This document shows, one piece after another, positions 28,744 to 40,688 of a DNA stretch of 64,000 nt. Under the pieces are notes generated by a model. The model searched no databases and was not told the DNA's origin. It was given only the letters and a program-made list of their open reading frames with translations. Source of the stretch: an uncultured Gemmatimonadales bacterium (GTDB lineage: Bacteria > Gemmatimonadota > Gemmatimonadetes > Gemmatimonadales > Gemmatimonadaceae); contig OY969695.1 in assembly GCA_963701965.1 (NCBI GenBank), forward strand, positions 1,088,001-1,152,000. The letters run 5' to 3'. Each line of letters opens with the position of its first letter. Positions within the stretch are counted from its first letter, which is position 1. Position numbers and translations under genes: made by a program.

Positions 28744-30047
28744 TCCATACCGTACAACCGCGCGGCGTTGCCGCGCAACACCATCCGGGCGATCTCCTGC
28801 GCCCGGTCGCGGGTGATCTCGCCATCGCGCAACATCCCGGTCAACGCGATGGCCAGCCCGCGCCGGGCCGTAGTGGCCGCGGTCCACGCCCCCTCCGGCC
28901 AGCCGACCGGGTCTTCGTTTTTGTCGCCGAACGCGTCGCTGGCATACAAGACTTTGTCGGGCCATTCCGCGAGCCACTCGCGGAACACGCCGGCCAGCAC
29001 AAACGGCGACACCCGCTGGTCCATGAGCGAAATGTCGGCGTAGACATTTGGTTTACCGAGCATGGAGAGCGTCTCGTCAACCGCCGGCCACCCGCCGTGG
29101 AGGAGCACGAAGCGGGTGCCCCGGAGCGTGGAGTCGTTGAACACGCTTTCCAGTTGAAGCGGCCGGCTACCCGAGACGCTGTAGAATCCCCCCGCGATGT
29201 CGGTACAATGGATGTGCACGACGAGGCCCTTCCGGCCGGCCCGGCGGGCAATCTCGCGGAACAGGAAGTCTTCCAGGGTCTTGTACTCGGCCCGACTGGG
29301 AACGCCGCCGGCAATGTAGCGCGCGTAGACAGCGCCCGCGGCGGCGCGCGTCGGATTGCCAAAGTCGAACGGCCGCAGGTACGCGATCTCGAACTTGATC
29401 GCCAGGGCGTTGGCCTGCTTCCACTGCGCGAGCATTGGCTCGACGACCGACGCGAGGTATGCGTCGAGCGTCGCGGGCAACGCCGTCTCGTGGAGGGTCC
29501 CCAGGTAGCGCGTGAGCAGGCGGCGCTCGCGCGGGTAGAGTGGCCGCGTGTCCGGCGTGGCCTCCTGTTCGCGGGCGGTATTGAGGGGAAAGAGCAGCGG
29601 ATCGGCGAACGGCACCCAACGGAACCGCGGCGCCGGGAGGCCGGACCCCATGGTCACGCGATTGGCGAGCATGACTTCGGTGCCGACCTGATCCAAGACC
29701 CACTCCGCTGGATGCGGCCGCAAGGGCGCGAGCGCCCGCAGGTGTGCATCGCTGGCGTCGTCGTACGGATATCCGTACAGCGCCTTCCACGCCGCGATGT
29801 AGCGCGGGTTGGACGGATCGAGGCCGGCCGGCAGCGGAAATGGCGGCAGCGGCGAGAGCGGCAGCGCGTCGTTGTCGGTGTCGGCCGGTACGCCCGGCTG
29901 CGCGGGCAGCAGCGGATGGGCGTGGTTGTCGATCGCCTTGATCCCGGCGATATAGGTGGCGAGCGCCGAGTCGACCGGCGGCTGCGCGCCGAGAGTGGGC
30001 GCCAGCGCAATGAGGCTCAAGCACATCCGGCGCAGCATCCGGGTCAC
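28740..30047 (-). CDS. Amidohydrolase-family protein (exported)
   Basis: DNHAH, HIH, LLHGG, YASD. GTG after GGAGGA with GTGA overlap. Confidence 0.85.
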   Translation of the reverse strand: MTRMLRRMCLSLIALAPTLGAQPPVDSALATYIAGIKAIDNHAHPLLPAQPGVPADTDNDALPLSPLPPFPLPAGLDPSNPRYIAAWKALYGYPYDDASDAHLRALAPLRPHPAEWVLDQVGTEVMLANRVTMGSGLPAPRFRWVPFADPLLFPLNTAREQEATPDTRPLYPRERRLLTRYLGTLHETALPATLDAYLASVVEPMLAQWKQANALAIKFEIAYLRPFDFGNPTRAAAGAVYARYIAGGVPSRAEYKTLEDFLFREIARRAGRKGLVVHIHCTDIAGGFYSVSGSRPLQLESVFNDSTLRGTRFVLLHGGWPAVDETLSMLGKPNVYADISLMDQRVSPFVLAGVFREWLAEWPDKVLYASDAFGDKNEDPVGWPEGAWTAATTARRGLAIALTGMLRDGEITRDRAQEIARMVLRGNAARLYGME

Positions 30048-30667
30048 TCCTCCGTAATAGCGGTGAGCAGCGCCGCGGCCTTGGCGGCGACGATCGCCGC
30101 CGGGTCCCCCGGCCGATAGAGCGAGGAGCCGACGCCGAAACCCGCGGCGCCCGCGGCACGCCACGGTGCCATGTTCCCGGCTTCGATCCCCCCGACTGGC
30201 AACACCAGCGTGTCCGGCGGCAGGACGGCGCGCATGGCCTTGAGCGCTGCCGGAGTCGACGCCTCGGCGGGAAAGAGCTTGAGCCCATCCGCGCCCGCAT
30301 CCAGCATCGCGAAGGCCTCGGTCGGGGTCGCCACACCCGGCACCGCGATGAGCCCGTTCGCTTTCGCGGCGCGCACGACGGCCCCATCGGCGTGCGGCAT
30401 CACGATCAAGCGCCCGCCGGCCACGCCGACCCACTCTACCAATTCGGCGCGCAACACCGTCCCGGCGCCGACCAACGCGCGGTCGCCGATGCAGCGGGCC
30501 AAGCGCGCAATGCTGTCGAACGGCTCGGGAGAGTTGAGCGGCACTTCGACGATCGCGAATCCGGCATCGACGAGCACCTCACCGATGGCCTCGGCCTCAT
30601 CGGGGCGAATCCCCCGGAGCACCGCGACCAGTGGGCACTGCGCCAGCCACTCCCGGAGCGTTTTCAT
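30044..30667 (-). CDS. dgoA: 2-dehydro-3-deoxy-6-phosphogalactonate aldolase
   Basis: LVAVLRGI, EVPLNSP, GAGTVL, LKLFPAE, PVGGI. Confidence 0.92.
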   Translation of the reverse strand: MKTLREWLAQCPLVAVLRGIRPDEAEAIGEVLVDAGFAIVEVPLNSPEPFDSIARLARCIGDRALVGAGTVLRAELVEWVGVAGGRLIVMPHADGAVVRAAKANGLIAVPGVATPTEAFAMLDAGADGLKLFPAEASTPAALKAMRAVLPPDTLVLPVGGIEAGNMAPWRAAGAAGFGVGSSLYRPGDPAAIVAAKAAALLTAITEE

Positions 30668-31536
30668 TGCGGCCAGACCACCCGCTCCGCGATCGCCGCC
30701 AGGCCCTGCGCCGACGCGTCGCCATCGTAGACGCGCGCCGAGCCACCGCAGGCGGCGATCGCGCGGGCGTACAGCGTGGCGAGCGTCGCCTCGCCGATGA
30801 CCGTGACATCGCCCGCCGCCGGCCGCGCGGCGCGCACCTCGTGTCCGATGAGCAACCCCGAGAGATACGATGCGGATTCGGTCTCGGCCAAACGGCCGGC
30901 GATACCAAGGGTCCGCACGCCGAACAGGTGATGGAGCAACCCGCCGGATTCGGCCGAACGCGCGACCCCATCGTCGAACGCCGCCGGAGCCACCGGGACG
31001 CCGGGCCGCATCAAGCGGCCGAGGATAGTGTGGCCGCCGAGCGCGGCAAACGTCTCACCAGTGAAATACGTCGTGAAGGCGGCGATGGCGCCGCCCGCCA
31101 CCTGGGCCCACTTGCTGTGCGACCCGGGAAGGCACACCCATCCCTGCGTCAGGCCGGCGCCAATGATCTGCGTCTCTTCCCCGCGCATGACCTCGGGGAC
31201 CCCCGAGGCATCCACGTCGGCGACGCCCGGCACCAATCGCACGCAAGCGCCGTCGAACGCGACGCTCCCCAGGCCGCCCACGAGATCGTCGATGCGCGCC
31301 GGACAGGGCACGGGCCGGGTCTCGCTCCACCCTTGCCGGCTCCCGATCATCCCCGTGAGGAGGATGCGATCCTCGCCGGCCGCCACCCAGTCGCCAATCA
31401 ACTCGCGCAGCGTCTCGCCGAACCGCGCTTGCTCGATCCGCGACACCCCGGCGGCCGAGGCGCGCATCTCGGCGACGGCGCCGTTCCGCAGCTGGAAGGC
31501 GCGGAGATTCGTGGTGCCCCAATCGACGCCGATCAC
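30664..31536 (-). CDS. dgoK: 2-dehydro-3-deoxygalactonokinase
   Basis: VDWGTTNLRA, GMIGSRQGW, VMRGEETQ, PGSHSKW, YLSGLLIGHE. GTGA overlap. Confidence 0.92.
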   Translation of the reverse strand: MIGVDWGTTNLRAFQLRNGAVAEMRASAAGVSRIEQARFGETLRELIGDWVAAGEDRILLTGMIGSRQGWSETRPVPCPARIDDLVGGLGSVAFDGACVRLVPGVADVDASGVPEVMRGEETQIIGAGLTQGWVCLPGSHSKWAQVAGGAIAAFTTYFTGETFAALGGHTILGRLMRPGVPVAPAAFDDGVARSAESGGLLHHLFGVRTLGIAGRLAETESASYLSGLLIGHEVRAARPAAGDVTVIGEATLATLYARAIAACGGSARVYDGDASAQGLAAIAERVVWPQ

Positions 31537-32591
31537 TGCGTCCGGCCGCGCGCCGCCACCGGCCATAGCTCCAGACACTCACCATCGCGACTGACCGCGA
31601 CCCGATCGTGGAGGTTCGTGACGACGCAGACGTGATTGGGCACGATGCGGACGCGTTCGCCGAGCGCGGGCTTGCGCGCGCAACGCGCGAGATCGATCAC
31701 GCCGTGCTCCTCGTTCAGCCGCTCGACGACGGCCTCCGGGTAGTCAATGAGGAGGCCATAGCCCGGTCCCACTGCGGGCGCGACGAGATCGCTCGACAGC
31801 GTCTTTGAACCCGCATCCATCACGGCTCGATCGTCCGTCGGGCGACTCACGATCGTGGCGTGCACCATGAACGCGCACTCGTCGAGCGTTGCCGCTCCGG
31901 CGCCTACCGTCGCGCGGTCGTGATAAATGTACGTGCCGGCGCGCAATTCCGTCACACCGCCGACCTCGTGGGCGTGCCACGCGCGCGGTGTGCCGCCGAT
32001 CGAGACCACCGCGACGTCGAGACCGGCGGCCGCGAACTTGGCCCCGGCTTCGGCGACGAATCCGGCCGTCGCCGGCGTGTACGGGTACGTCATGAGGCCG
32101 TCGAAGCGGACGCCCGGCGTCCGCGCGACGTGCTGCGCCAAGTCCAGCGCGCGTTGGATCGACGTGACGCCCGTCCGGCGCGTGCCGCTGTCGAACTCCA
32201 CGAGCACGCCAATCGGCGCGCCGGCGCCGGCGGCGCCTTGCGCGACCGTTTCGAGCGCCATCGTGCTATCAATGGCGACCCGCATCTTGGCGCGGCCGGC
32301 GAGCTGCGCCAGGCGCCGCGCCTTCGCGGGCCCGATCAAGGGGTAGGAGAGCAAAATGTCGTCAAACCCCGCGTCGATCATCACCTCGGCCTCACCCAGT
32401 TTCTGGCAGGTGATGCCCCGGGCCCCCAGTTCGCGCTGGCGCCGCGCGAATTGGGGCAGCTTGTGCGTCTTAATGTGTGGGCGAAGCGCGAGCCCCTTCG
32501 CGTCGCAGTAGGCTTGCATCTTCGCCAGGTTTCGCTCGACCCGGTCGAGATCGATCACCGGTATGGGAGTGTCCAGCTCCTCAACGCGCAT
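31533..32591 (-). CDS. D-threonine aldolase / D-serine dehydratase (DSD1)-family PLP enzyme, fold type III
   Basis: RPHIKTHK, CQKLGEAE, RAGTYIY, DAGSK, EEHG, PNHVC. Confidence 0.9.
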   Translation of the reverse strand: MRVEELDTPIPVIDLDRVERNLAKMQAYCDAKGLALRPHIKTHKLPQFARRQRELGARGITCQKLGEAEVMIDAGFDDILLSYPLIGPAKARRLAQLAGRAKMRVAIDSTMALETVAQGAAGAGAPIGVLVEFDSGTRRTGVTSIQRALDLAQHVARTPGVRFDGLMTYPYTPATAGFVAEAGAKFAAAGLDVAVVSIGGTPRAWHAHEVGGVTELRAGTYIYHDRATVGAGAATLDECAFMVHATIVSRPTDDRAVMDAGSKTLSSDLVAPAVGPGYGLLIDYPEAVVERLNEEHGVIDLARCARKPALGERVRIVPNHVCVVTNLHDRVAVSRDGECLELWPVAARGRTQ

Positions 32592-35574
32592 CCAGTTTCC
32601 GTCCGGCATTGAGATTGTCGAAGTTCAGGATCGTGTTGAAGACGAGGGCGTAGGTGCCGATCGTCTCCCCGCGATAGATCGGATTGTCGGCGAACAATAC
32701 CACGTGGCCCTTCTCGACCGGCACGTCGACGACCACGGGGCGCTGCGCCAGGTCGCCGCCGCCCTCGAGCAGCCCGGACACCAGCAGACCGTGCTGATCG
32801 TCAAAGCGCAGCGCGACGCGCGGACGCTGATCCGGCGGGATGATGTTGAGCGGCCGCTCCAGATCCTCTGTCATGATCGGCCTCGCCTGCCAGGGCTCGA
32901 CCGCGGGCGCCGCAGGCGCCACGAAAGCGGTATCCAGCACCGGACGCCCTTGCGGCACGTCCGGATCATCCAGCGTACCGCGGCCGGTGGCCCGTCCGGT
33001 GTCCGAGGCGAAGCGACCAAAGCCGCCGGCATTCCGGGTATTGCTCACGCGGAAGCTCTCGCCATTCGCGCTATAGACGGCGAGATCATCGCGGACCCCG
33101 TACACGATCGGACTCGCCTCGTCGACGAGCTTCGTGCGCAAGAATGCTCCCGACGACGTGACCGCGGGGCGCCTGGCTCACGGTCACGCCCGCGGTCAGC
33201 CCGTACAATGTCGCCAGCTCGGCCGTGTTCTCCACGGCGACCAGCACACCGCCCTGGGCCACGAATTTTTGCAGGTTCACCAACCCGCCAAATCCCAACC
33301 CCGGCCGGAATGTCATCCGTCTCCGCGTACGTGCCAATGTTCGGGGTCAACGTCGAGTGCTTCCAGGGCATCGGATTGCGCCACATCGGCATGCCATCGA
33401 TGATCGCCGACACCCCGGCGTTGACGGGGGGAAAGAGGATCACGTCGTATTTCGCGTTCAGGTTCGGGCTCTTGGCGACGTCTTGCACGCTGATATAGTC
33501 GTACGGCAATCCGAGGAAGTCGAACGCCTCGCGCCACCACCCTTCCGTCTGCGTGCCGACCCACGTGTGCAGGATCGCGACGCGGGCCGCCCGCGCCGGA
33601 TGGGTTTTCACCGTCGGCGCCGCGGGCAACGCGGTGGCGGAGAGACCCAGATCCCGCGCCTCGCGATCCAGGTCCGCGGCGCGGACAATGAACGAACCGC
33701 GGGCGAACGTCTTCCCCGCCGCTGTGAACGGCTCCTCGGCCACCTGGATGTCCGCCGTCTTGAGCCGGTAGCGCAACATCGTGAGCGCGTTGTCGCCGTT
33801 GGCGTTGATGGCGAACACCGCGCCCGCGCCGGTCACGCCGCCCAGCGCCCGCACGGAATCGGTCACGGGATCCACCGGCACATCCAGGACCTTCACATCG
33901 GTGACCCGCACGGCCGCGGTGGCGAACACCTCGGGAAACGTCCATCCCGTGTCGTCATACGGCGTCTTCTGTGGATCGTTCGGGCTCCAATATTGATAGT
34001 CGAGGAGCGCATCGGCGATACGGGAATACGGCTGGTCCATCCGGACAATGTAGCTTCCGGCCGGGAACTGCCGCGTGGTGGGCGGTGCGGGGTGGGTCGC
34101 GGCGCTATCGGCCCCGCCTTTGCCCGTGTTGTCGGTCGCCGTTGCGGGGCCGGTGTGTCGGGGAGGGAATCATGACCGTGAACGGCGCCTTGGCCCGCGA
34201 TAGCTCGACGTGCTGGCGTTGCAACACCCTCAGCAGCTCGGCCTGCGCCCCGGGGCGCGGGTCGTCGGCGGGCAGGACATAGGCCGCCGGACCCTCCACA
34301 TGCGCTTTGCGCACGGACCGCTTGCTCTTCTCGTAGAAGTTCTTCAGGAACAAGTGCCGGTTGTCCGCGAAGTACGACAGCGACACCAGCAAACCCGTCT
34401 CTTCGTAGTTGTTGTTGTCGCGAATGGACCAACGCACGCGCGGGAGCGGCGGGTCCTGGCGGTACCACGTGCGCGACGTCTCATCGGCCGGCAGCGTGCG
34501 CTCCATCGTCTCCGGCGTGCCGCCGTTCCCGAATGTCTCGTACAGGCGGCTGATGCCATTGTGCGTCGCGGCCATGAACATGAGATAGCCCGGCGACCAC
34601 GTATCGTACTCGCCGTGGGTGAACACGCCCGGCATTCCGAACCGCGTCATCTCCTGCACGTTGTTCCAGCCCAGCATCTGCCATTCGTTCGTGAGCAGCG
34701 GGTCGACCCAGGCGTTGTACGGGCCGTCGCCGACCGTGTTGTCGTAGAGATAGGGCACTGACTCGTGCAGGTCGTGGAGCACCTGCGCCTTCCAATCGAC
34801 GTAGGTGTTGAGGACGTTCTGCGACAGCTTGAGCGTCATCGCCATCGCGTCGCGATTGTTGTCGTGCGCGACGTAGTGGCCCCAGTAGATCAAGTTCGGG
34901 TACGTCTCGTTCGGGTGGGCGAAGTGCCACCGGACCAGGTCCACCATCCGATCCCGTCCGTCCACTTCCACGATCGGCGTGATCAGCGTGATCAGGTGGT
35001 CACGGATGTTCTTGATGTACGGGCTCTCGTCCACGGCCAACCGGTACGCCAGCTCGGAGAGGGCCGTCGGCGCGCCCGACTCCGTGGAGTGGATCGCGCC
35101 GGTGATGTAGTAGACCGGCGTCGTCGAATCGACGAGAGCCGCCGCGCGGCGGTCGTCCAGGCCCAGCGTGCGCGGATCCGCCAACTGCGCGAGTCGCGCC
35201 CGGTTGGCATCGAGGCGGGCCATGAGCGACTCCGAGGCCACCGCGACGGCGATCATCTCCCGGCCTTCTTCCGTGCGGCCGATCGAGTACACGCGAACCC
35301 GCGGGGTCGCGGCCGCCAGGGCCCGCATGTAGGCGCCGATTTCCTTGGAGTCCGGCAACTTGGCCGGCGACCCCGCGATATCGCCGAAAACCCGGGCCGG
35401 CGAGGGTACCGTGGCCAATGCCGGCAAGTAGTCCACGAGCGGCGAGAGAAAAAACGGCTCGGTCGTATACTCGTGGATCTTCGCCGTGTACGCCGAGTCG
35501 ATCGGGCCTTGAGCGGCGAGGGCGGGGGCGCAGCACGCGACCCCGAGGAGGGACAGCCGGAGAGCACGCATCAT
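32581..35574 (-). CDS. Large secreted M14 zinc carboxypeptidase-family protein, with three +1 frameshifts
   Basis: IHSTE, HDNNRD, DLHE. Four consecutive ORF pieces join after removing single bases at about 34168, 33309 and 33143. Confidence 0.85.
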
Positions 35575-36860
35575 GGACAGTATTGTATGCGCCAGATACC
35601 GTTGGGGACATGCTCCCACGCGTACTCGGGTTCTGGGACGTCGTCGCCATCGTCCTCGGTACCGTCATCGGCTCCGGTATCTTCATCGTGCCCGCCATCG
35701 TGCTCCGGCAGGTCGGCGGGCATCTCCCGCTGGCCTTGAGCATCTGGGCCGTGGCCGGCGTGCTCTCCCTCCTCGGCGCGATCACCTACGGGGAGCTGGG
35801 GGCCATGATGCCGGAAGCTGGCGGCATCTACGTGTACATCCGGGATGCGTATGGACGGTTTCCGGCCTTCCTGTACGGGTGGTCAATGTTCTTCGTGATC
35901 GCCAGCGGCTCGGTGGCCACACTGGCGGTGGCTTCGACGGGGTATCTCGGGCAGCTGATCCCGTTGACCCCCGGGGCCGCGCGAATCGTCCCGGTGATCC
36001 TGATCGCCGTGTCCGCCGCGCTGAACGTCCGGGGCACCCGTCTCAGCGCCCGGCTCCAGGGGTGGACCACGCTGATCAAGGGCGGCACCATCGTCGTCGC
36101 CAGCATCGCGTTGCTCGTCGCCGCCCATCCCGCTCCGGCGCCGACCGGTCCCCCGGCGCCATTCAGCCTGCTTTCGGCGGCGGGACTGGCCACCGTGGCC
36201 ACACTCTGGGCCTACGAGGGATGGCAGTACGTCACGTTTTCAGCCGGCGAAGTCAAGGATCCCCAGCGCACGTTTCCGCTCGGCATCGCCCTCGGCACCG
36301 GGGCGCTCGTGGTCCTTTACCTGCTGGCCAACGTGGCCTACGTGCGGACGCTGGGCGTCGCGGGCGTCGCCCGGTCCGACCGCGTGGCCGCGGACGCCGT
36401 CACGGCGGTGTTCGGCCCCCTGGCTGGCCGCGCCATGGCCGCGGTGGTGCTGCTGGCGGTGTTCAGCGCCGCCCACAGCGTGATCCTGACGGCGCCCCGC
36501 GTCTTTTACGCCATGGCCCGCGATGGCCTGTTCTTTCGGCGGCTCGCCGAAGTCCACCCGCGCTTCAACACGCCCGCCCTGGCCATCGTCACCGGCTCCC
36601 TGTGGGCGATGGTCCTCGCGGTCAGTGGCACGTACGAGCAACTCCTGACCTACGTCATTTTCGCCGCGTGGATTTTCTACGGATTGGGCGCGCTGAGCGT
36701 CTTCTGGTACCGCCGCCATCGGCCGGATGCCCCGCGGCCGTTCCGCGTACCCGGTTATCCGGTGACTCCGTTCCTGTTCATCGTGTCGGCCGGCGTGGTC
36801 GTGCTCAGCACGATCGTCACGCAGCCGTTGCGGGCGAGTATCGGCATCGGCATCGTGCTG

Positions 36861-38315
<1,455 letters not shown>

Positions 38316-38428
38316 CGGGGGTGATAGTATGAGGGACACAGCCATACGGGCGCGGGTGGACCAAAGGCCAATATCCGCCTATGCCGTGGCCCTCCCACGC
38401 TTCACGTGTCCCTGCGAGGGTTACCCCC

Positions 38429-39601
38429 ATGGCGAATTCGCTGCTCGGCTCACTGATCGGCGCGGTCCGGCCGGACATGCTTACCCAGGCGTCCGCCGAT
38501 CTCGGTCTCCCTGACCACCAGGTGGCACACGGGTTGGAGACGAGCTTCGCGTCGATCGTGGCCGGCTTGGCCGCCAAGTCCGGGGATGCCGGCACCATGC
38601 GGCGCGTGTTCGAGATGGCCACCAGCGGCAACGCCAATAATTCGGGGCCCCAACTGCTCTCCGCGCTCTTCGGCGACCGGGCGGGCGCGGTTGGGAACAC
38701 GATCGCGCAGACGACCGGAATGAGCCCGGAGGCCGGGACATCGGTGCTCATGACCGCCGCGCCGATCGTGTTGGGGGTCCTCGGGTCGCAGGTGCACACG
38801 CACGGTTGGAACCTCTCCGGATTCGCCGACTGGATCGGCGGGCAACGCGACAACCTGCTGCGCAGCGCGCCGCCGGGGGTCCGCAACATCCTGGGGATTC
38901 GGGATCCGGTTGCCCAAGTGCCGGAGCCGCCAATGCCGACCGCCGCCCGACCGGGAGACGTGCCCCCTGCCCCGCGCGCGTCGCGGCTCTGGCTGTGGCC
39001 CCTCGCGGCGGCGGTCCTGCTCCTCGCCGTACTGTGGAACGTCTTGCGGCGGCCCACGACGCCCGAGACGGCGGCCGCGGGTGACGTGGCGCTCTCGACG
39101 CCCGCCACGCCTGCGGCGACGCCCGCCACGCCCGCGCCCACCGCGTTCGTCGACCTGTCGTTGCCGAACGGCCAAAGCGTGCACGTCCCGACCAACGGCA
39201 CCGAGGCGCGGCTCGTCGCGTACCTCGGCGACCCGAACATGGGTCACGGAATGGACACGACGTGGTTCGAGTTCGATCGATTGCACTTCAACAAGGGGGC
39301 ACCCACGCTCGACGCGGCGTCTGATCCGCAGCTCCACGACATGGCGACCATATTTGCGGCCTATCCCACGGTACACGCCACCATTGGCGGCTATACCGAC
39401 AACACCGGGGACGCCGACGCGAACCAACGCCTGTCGCAACAGCGCGCCTCGACGGTCGTGACCCAACTCGTGGCGTTGGGCGTCACTCCCGAGCGGCTCA
39501 CCGCCAAGGGATACGGCGCCGCGCATCCCGTGGCCGACAACGCCTCGGAAGCCGGCCGCGCGCAAAACCGGCGGATCGCGGTGCGCGTGACCGAACGCTA
39601 G
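38429..39601 (+). CDS. DUF937-like + OmpA-domain membrane protein
   Basis: Helical N-domain, one TM, Pro/Ala linker, FEFDRLHF, GYTDNTG, LSQQRA, NRRI. Confidence 0.88.
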   Translation: MANSLLGSLIGAVRPDMLTQASADLGLPDHQVAHGLETSFASIVAGLAAKSGDAGTMRRVFEMATSGNANNSGPQLLSALFGDRAGAVGNTIAQTTGMSPEAGTSVLMTAAPIVLGVLGSQVHTHGWNLSGFADWIGGQRDNLLRSAPPGVRNILGIRDPVAQVPEPPMPTAARPGDVPPAPRASRLWLWPLAAAVLLLAVLWNVLRRPTTPETAAAGDVALSTPATPAATPATPAPTAFVDLSLPNGQSVHVPTNGTEARLVAYLGDPNMGHGMDTTWFEFDRLHFNKGAPTLDAASDPQLHDMATIFAAYPTVHATIGGYTDNTGDADANQRLSQQRASTVVTQLVALGVTPERLTAKGYGAAHPVADNASEAGRAQNRRIAVRVTER

Positions 39602-39972
39602 GGGTTCTGCGCGCGCCGGAGCGCCCGGCGCACCCGGACGATCAGTTCGCCCGTGTCGAACGGTTTGCGCAGGTAGCCCTCGGGTCCCGATCGCCGGGCC
39701 AGCTCGGCGGACGAGATCACGTCATACGCGGTCATGAGAATGATGGGGACCGTCGCGCCCTGTTCGCAGAGGAAGTCGGCCAACTCGAACCCGGACATGG
39801 CGCCGAGGTGCACGTCGAGGACCAGACACCCCATGGTCTCGGTCGCGGCCGCCGCCAGGTACTCCCGGGCCGACGCAAATGACTGGACGCACAATCCCTC
39901 GGCGCGCAAGCGGCGGGTCAGCGCCGTGCGCACCGAAGGATCATCGTCGACGACCGCAACCCAGTTGCCCAG
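39598..39972 (-). CDS. Single-domain response regulator (start uncertain)
   Basis: VAVVDDD, LVLDVHL, MTA, RKPF. No nearby in-frame ATG/GTG; CTG at 39972. Confidence 0.85.
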   Translation of the reverse strand: MGNWVAVVDDDPSVRTALTRRLRAEGLCVQSFASAREYLAAAATETMGCLVLDVHLGAMSGFELADFLCEQGATVPIILMTAYDVISSAELARRSGPEGYLRKPFDTGELIVRVRRALRRAQNP

Positions 39973-40007
39973 CGAATGCTCACCGGATATCCCCTGCGGT
40001 GGAGAGC

Positions 40008-40688
40008 TTACCCGGCCAACTGGTTCTGAGCTATGAGACTTTGGTACCCGGCCTCCGGCGTCGCAGGGACGGAGCCATCGATCCCTAAGCGCTGCGCGAT
40101 ACGGACCAACTCGGCGAGCGAGTTGGCCTGCATCTTCTCCATGACGCGCCCGCGGTGGACTTTGATGGTCTTCTCGCGGGTACCGAGCTTGGCCGCGACT
40201 TGCTTGTTCAACATGCCCGTGACGACGAGCGCGAAGACTTCCCGCTCCCGCGTCGTGAGGGTCGTGAACCGCTCCGCGATCACAGCTTCCGCGGCGCGCG
40301 CTTGCCGCATCGTGAGATCGACCGCAACGGCGCGGCCGACCGCCTCCAGCAATTCCCGTTCGTCGATCGGTTTCGCCAGGAAGTCCACGGCGCCCTCTTT
40401 CATCGCGCGTACGCTCGTCGGGATATCGCCGTATCCCGACATGTAGATGATCGGCATGTCGTAGCCGGCGCTGCGGAGCAGCGCCCGCAGCTCGAGTCCG
40501 CTCAGGCCGGGCAGTCGCACGTCCATGAGAAAGCATCCGGGACGGTCGGGATCCGCGCGCTGCAGCATCTCGCCGAGGGACGCGAACGACTCCGCGCACC
40601 AACCCGCCGCGACCAGCAGCCGGCGCAGAGCGGTCCGCACCGATGCGTCATCATCCATGACCAGTACTACAGGGTGTCTGTTGATCAT
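40008..40688 (-). CDS. FixJ/NodW-like response regulator (REC + LuxR HTH)
   Basis: MDDD, MDVRLPG, DFLAKP, LTTREREV, TIKVHRGRVMEKM. TGATG overlap with the kinase. Confidence 0.93.
   Translation of the reverse strand: MINRHPVVLVMDDDASVRTALRRLLVAAGWCAESFASLGEMLQRADPDRPGCFLMDVRLPGLSGLELRALLRSAGYDMPIIYMSGYGDIPTSVRAMKEGAVDFLAKPIDERELLEAVGRAVAVDLTMRQARAAEAVIAERFTTLTTREREVFALVVTGMLNKQVAAKLGTREKTIKVHRGRVMEKMQANSLAELVRIAQRLGIDGSVPATPEAGYQSLIAQNQLAG

Noticed and set aside
32581..35574. M14 gene as a decayed pseudogene or programmed frameshift
   Set aside because: There are no slippery runs or nonsense codons, and all breaks share the same single-base signature seen in unrelated genes.
39098..39136. 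21-nt tandem repeat (TPATPAA), and a 12-nt AEPS repeat near 56334-56360
   Set aside because: Ordinary low-complexity linker coding.
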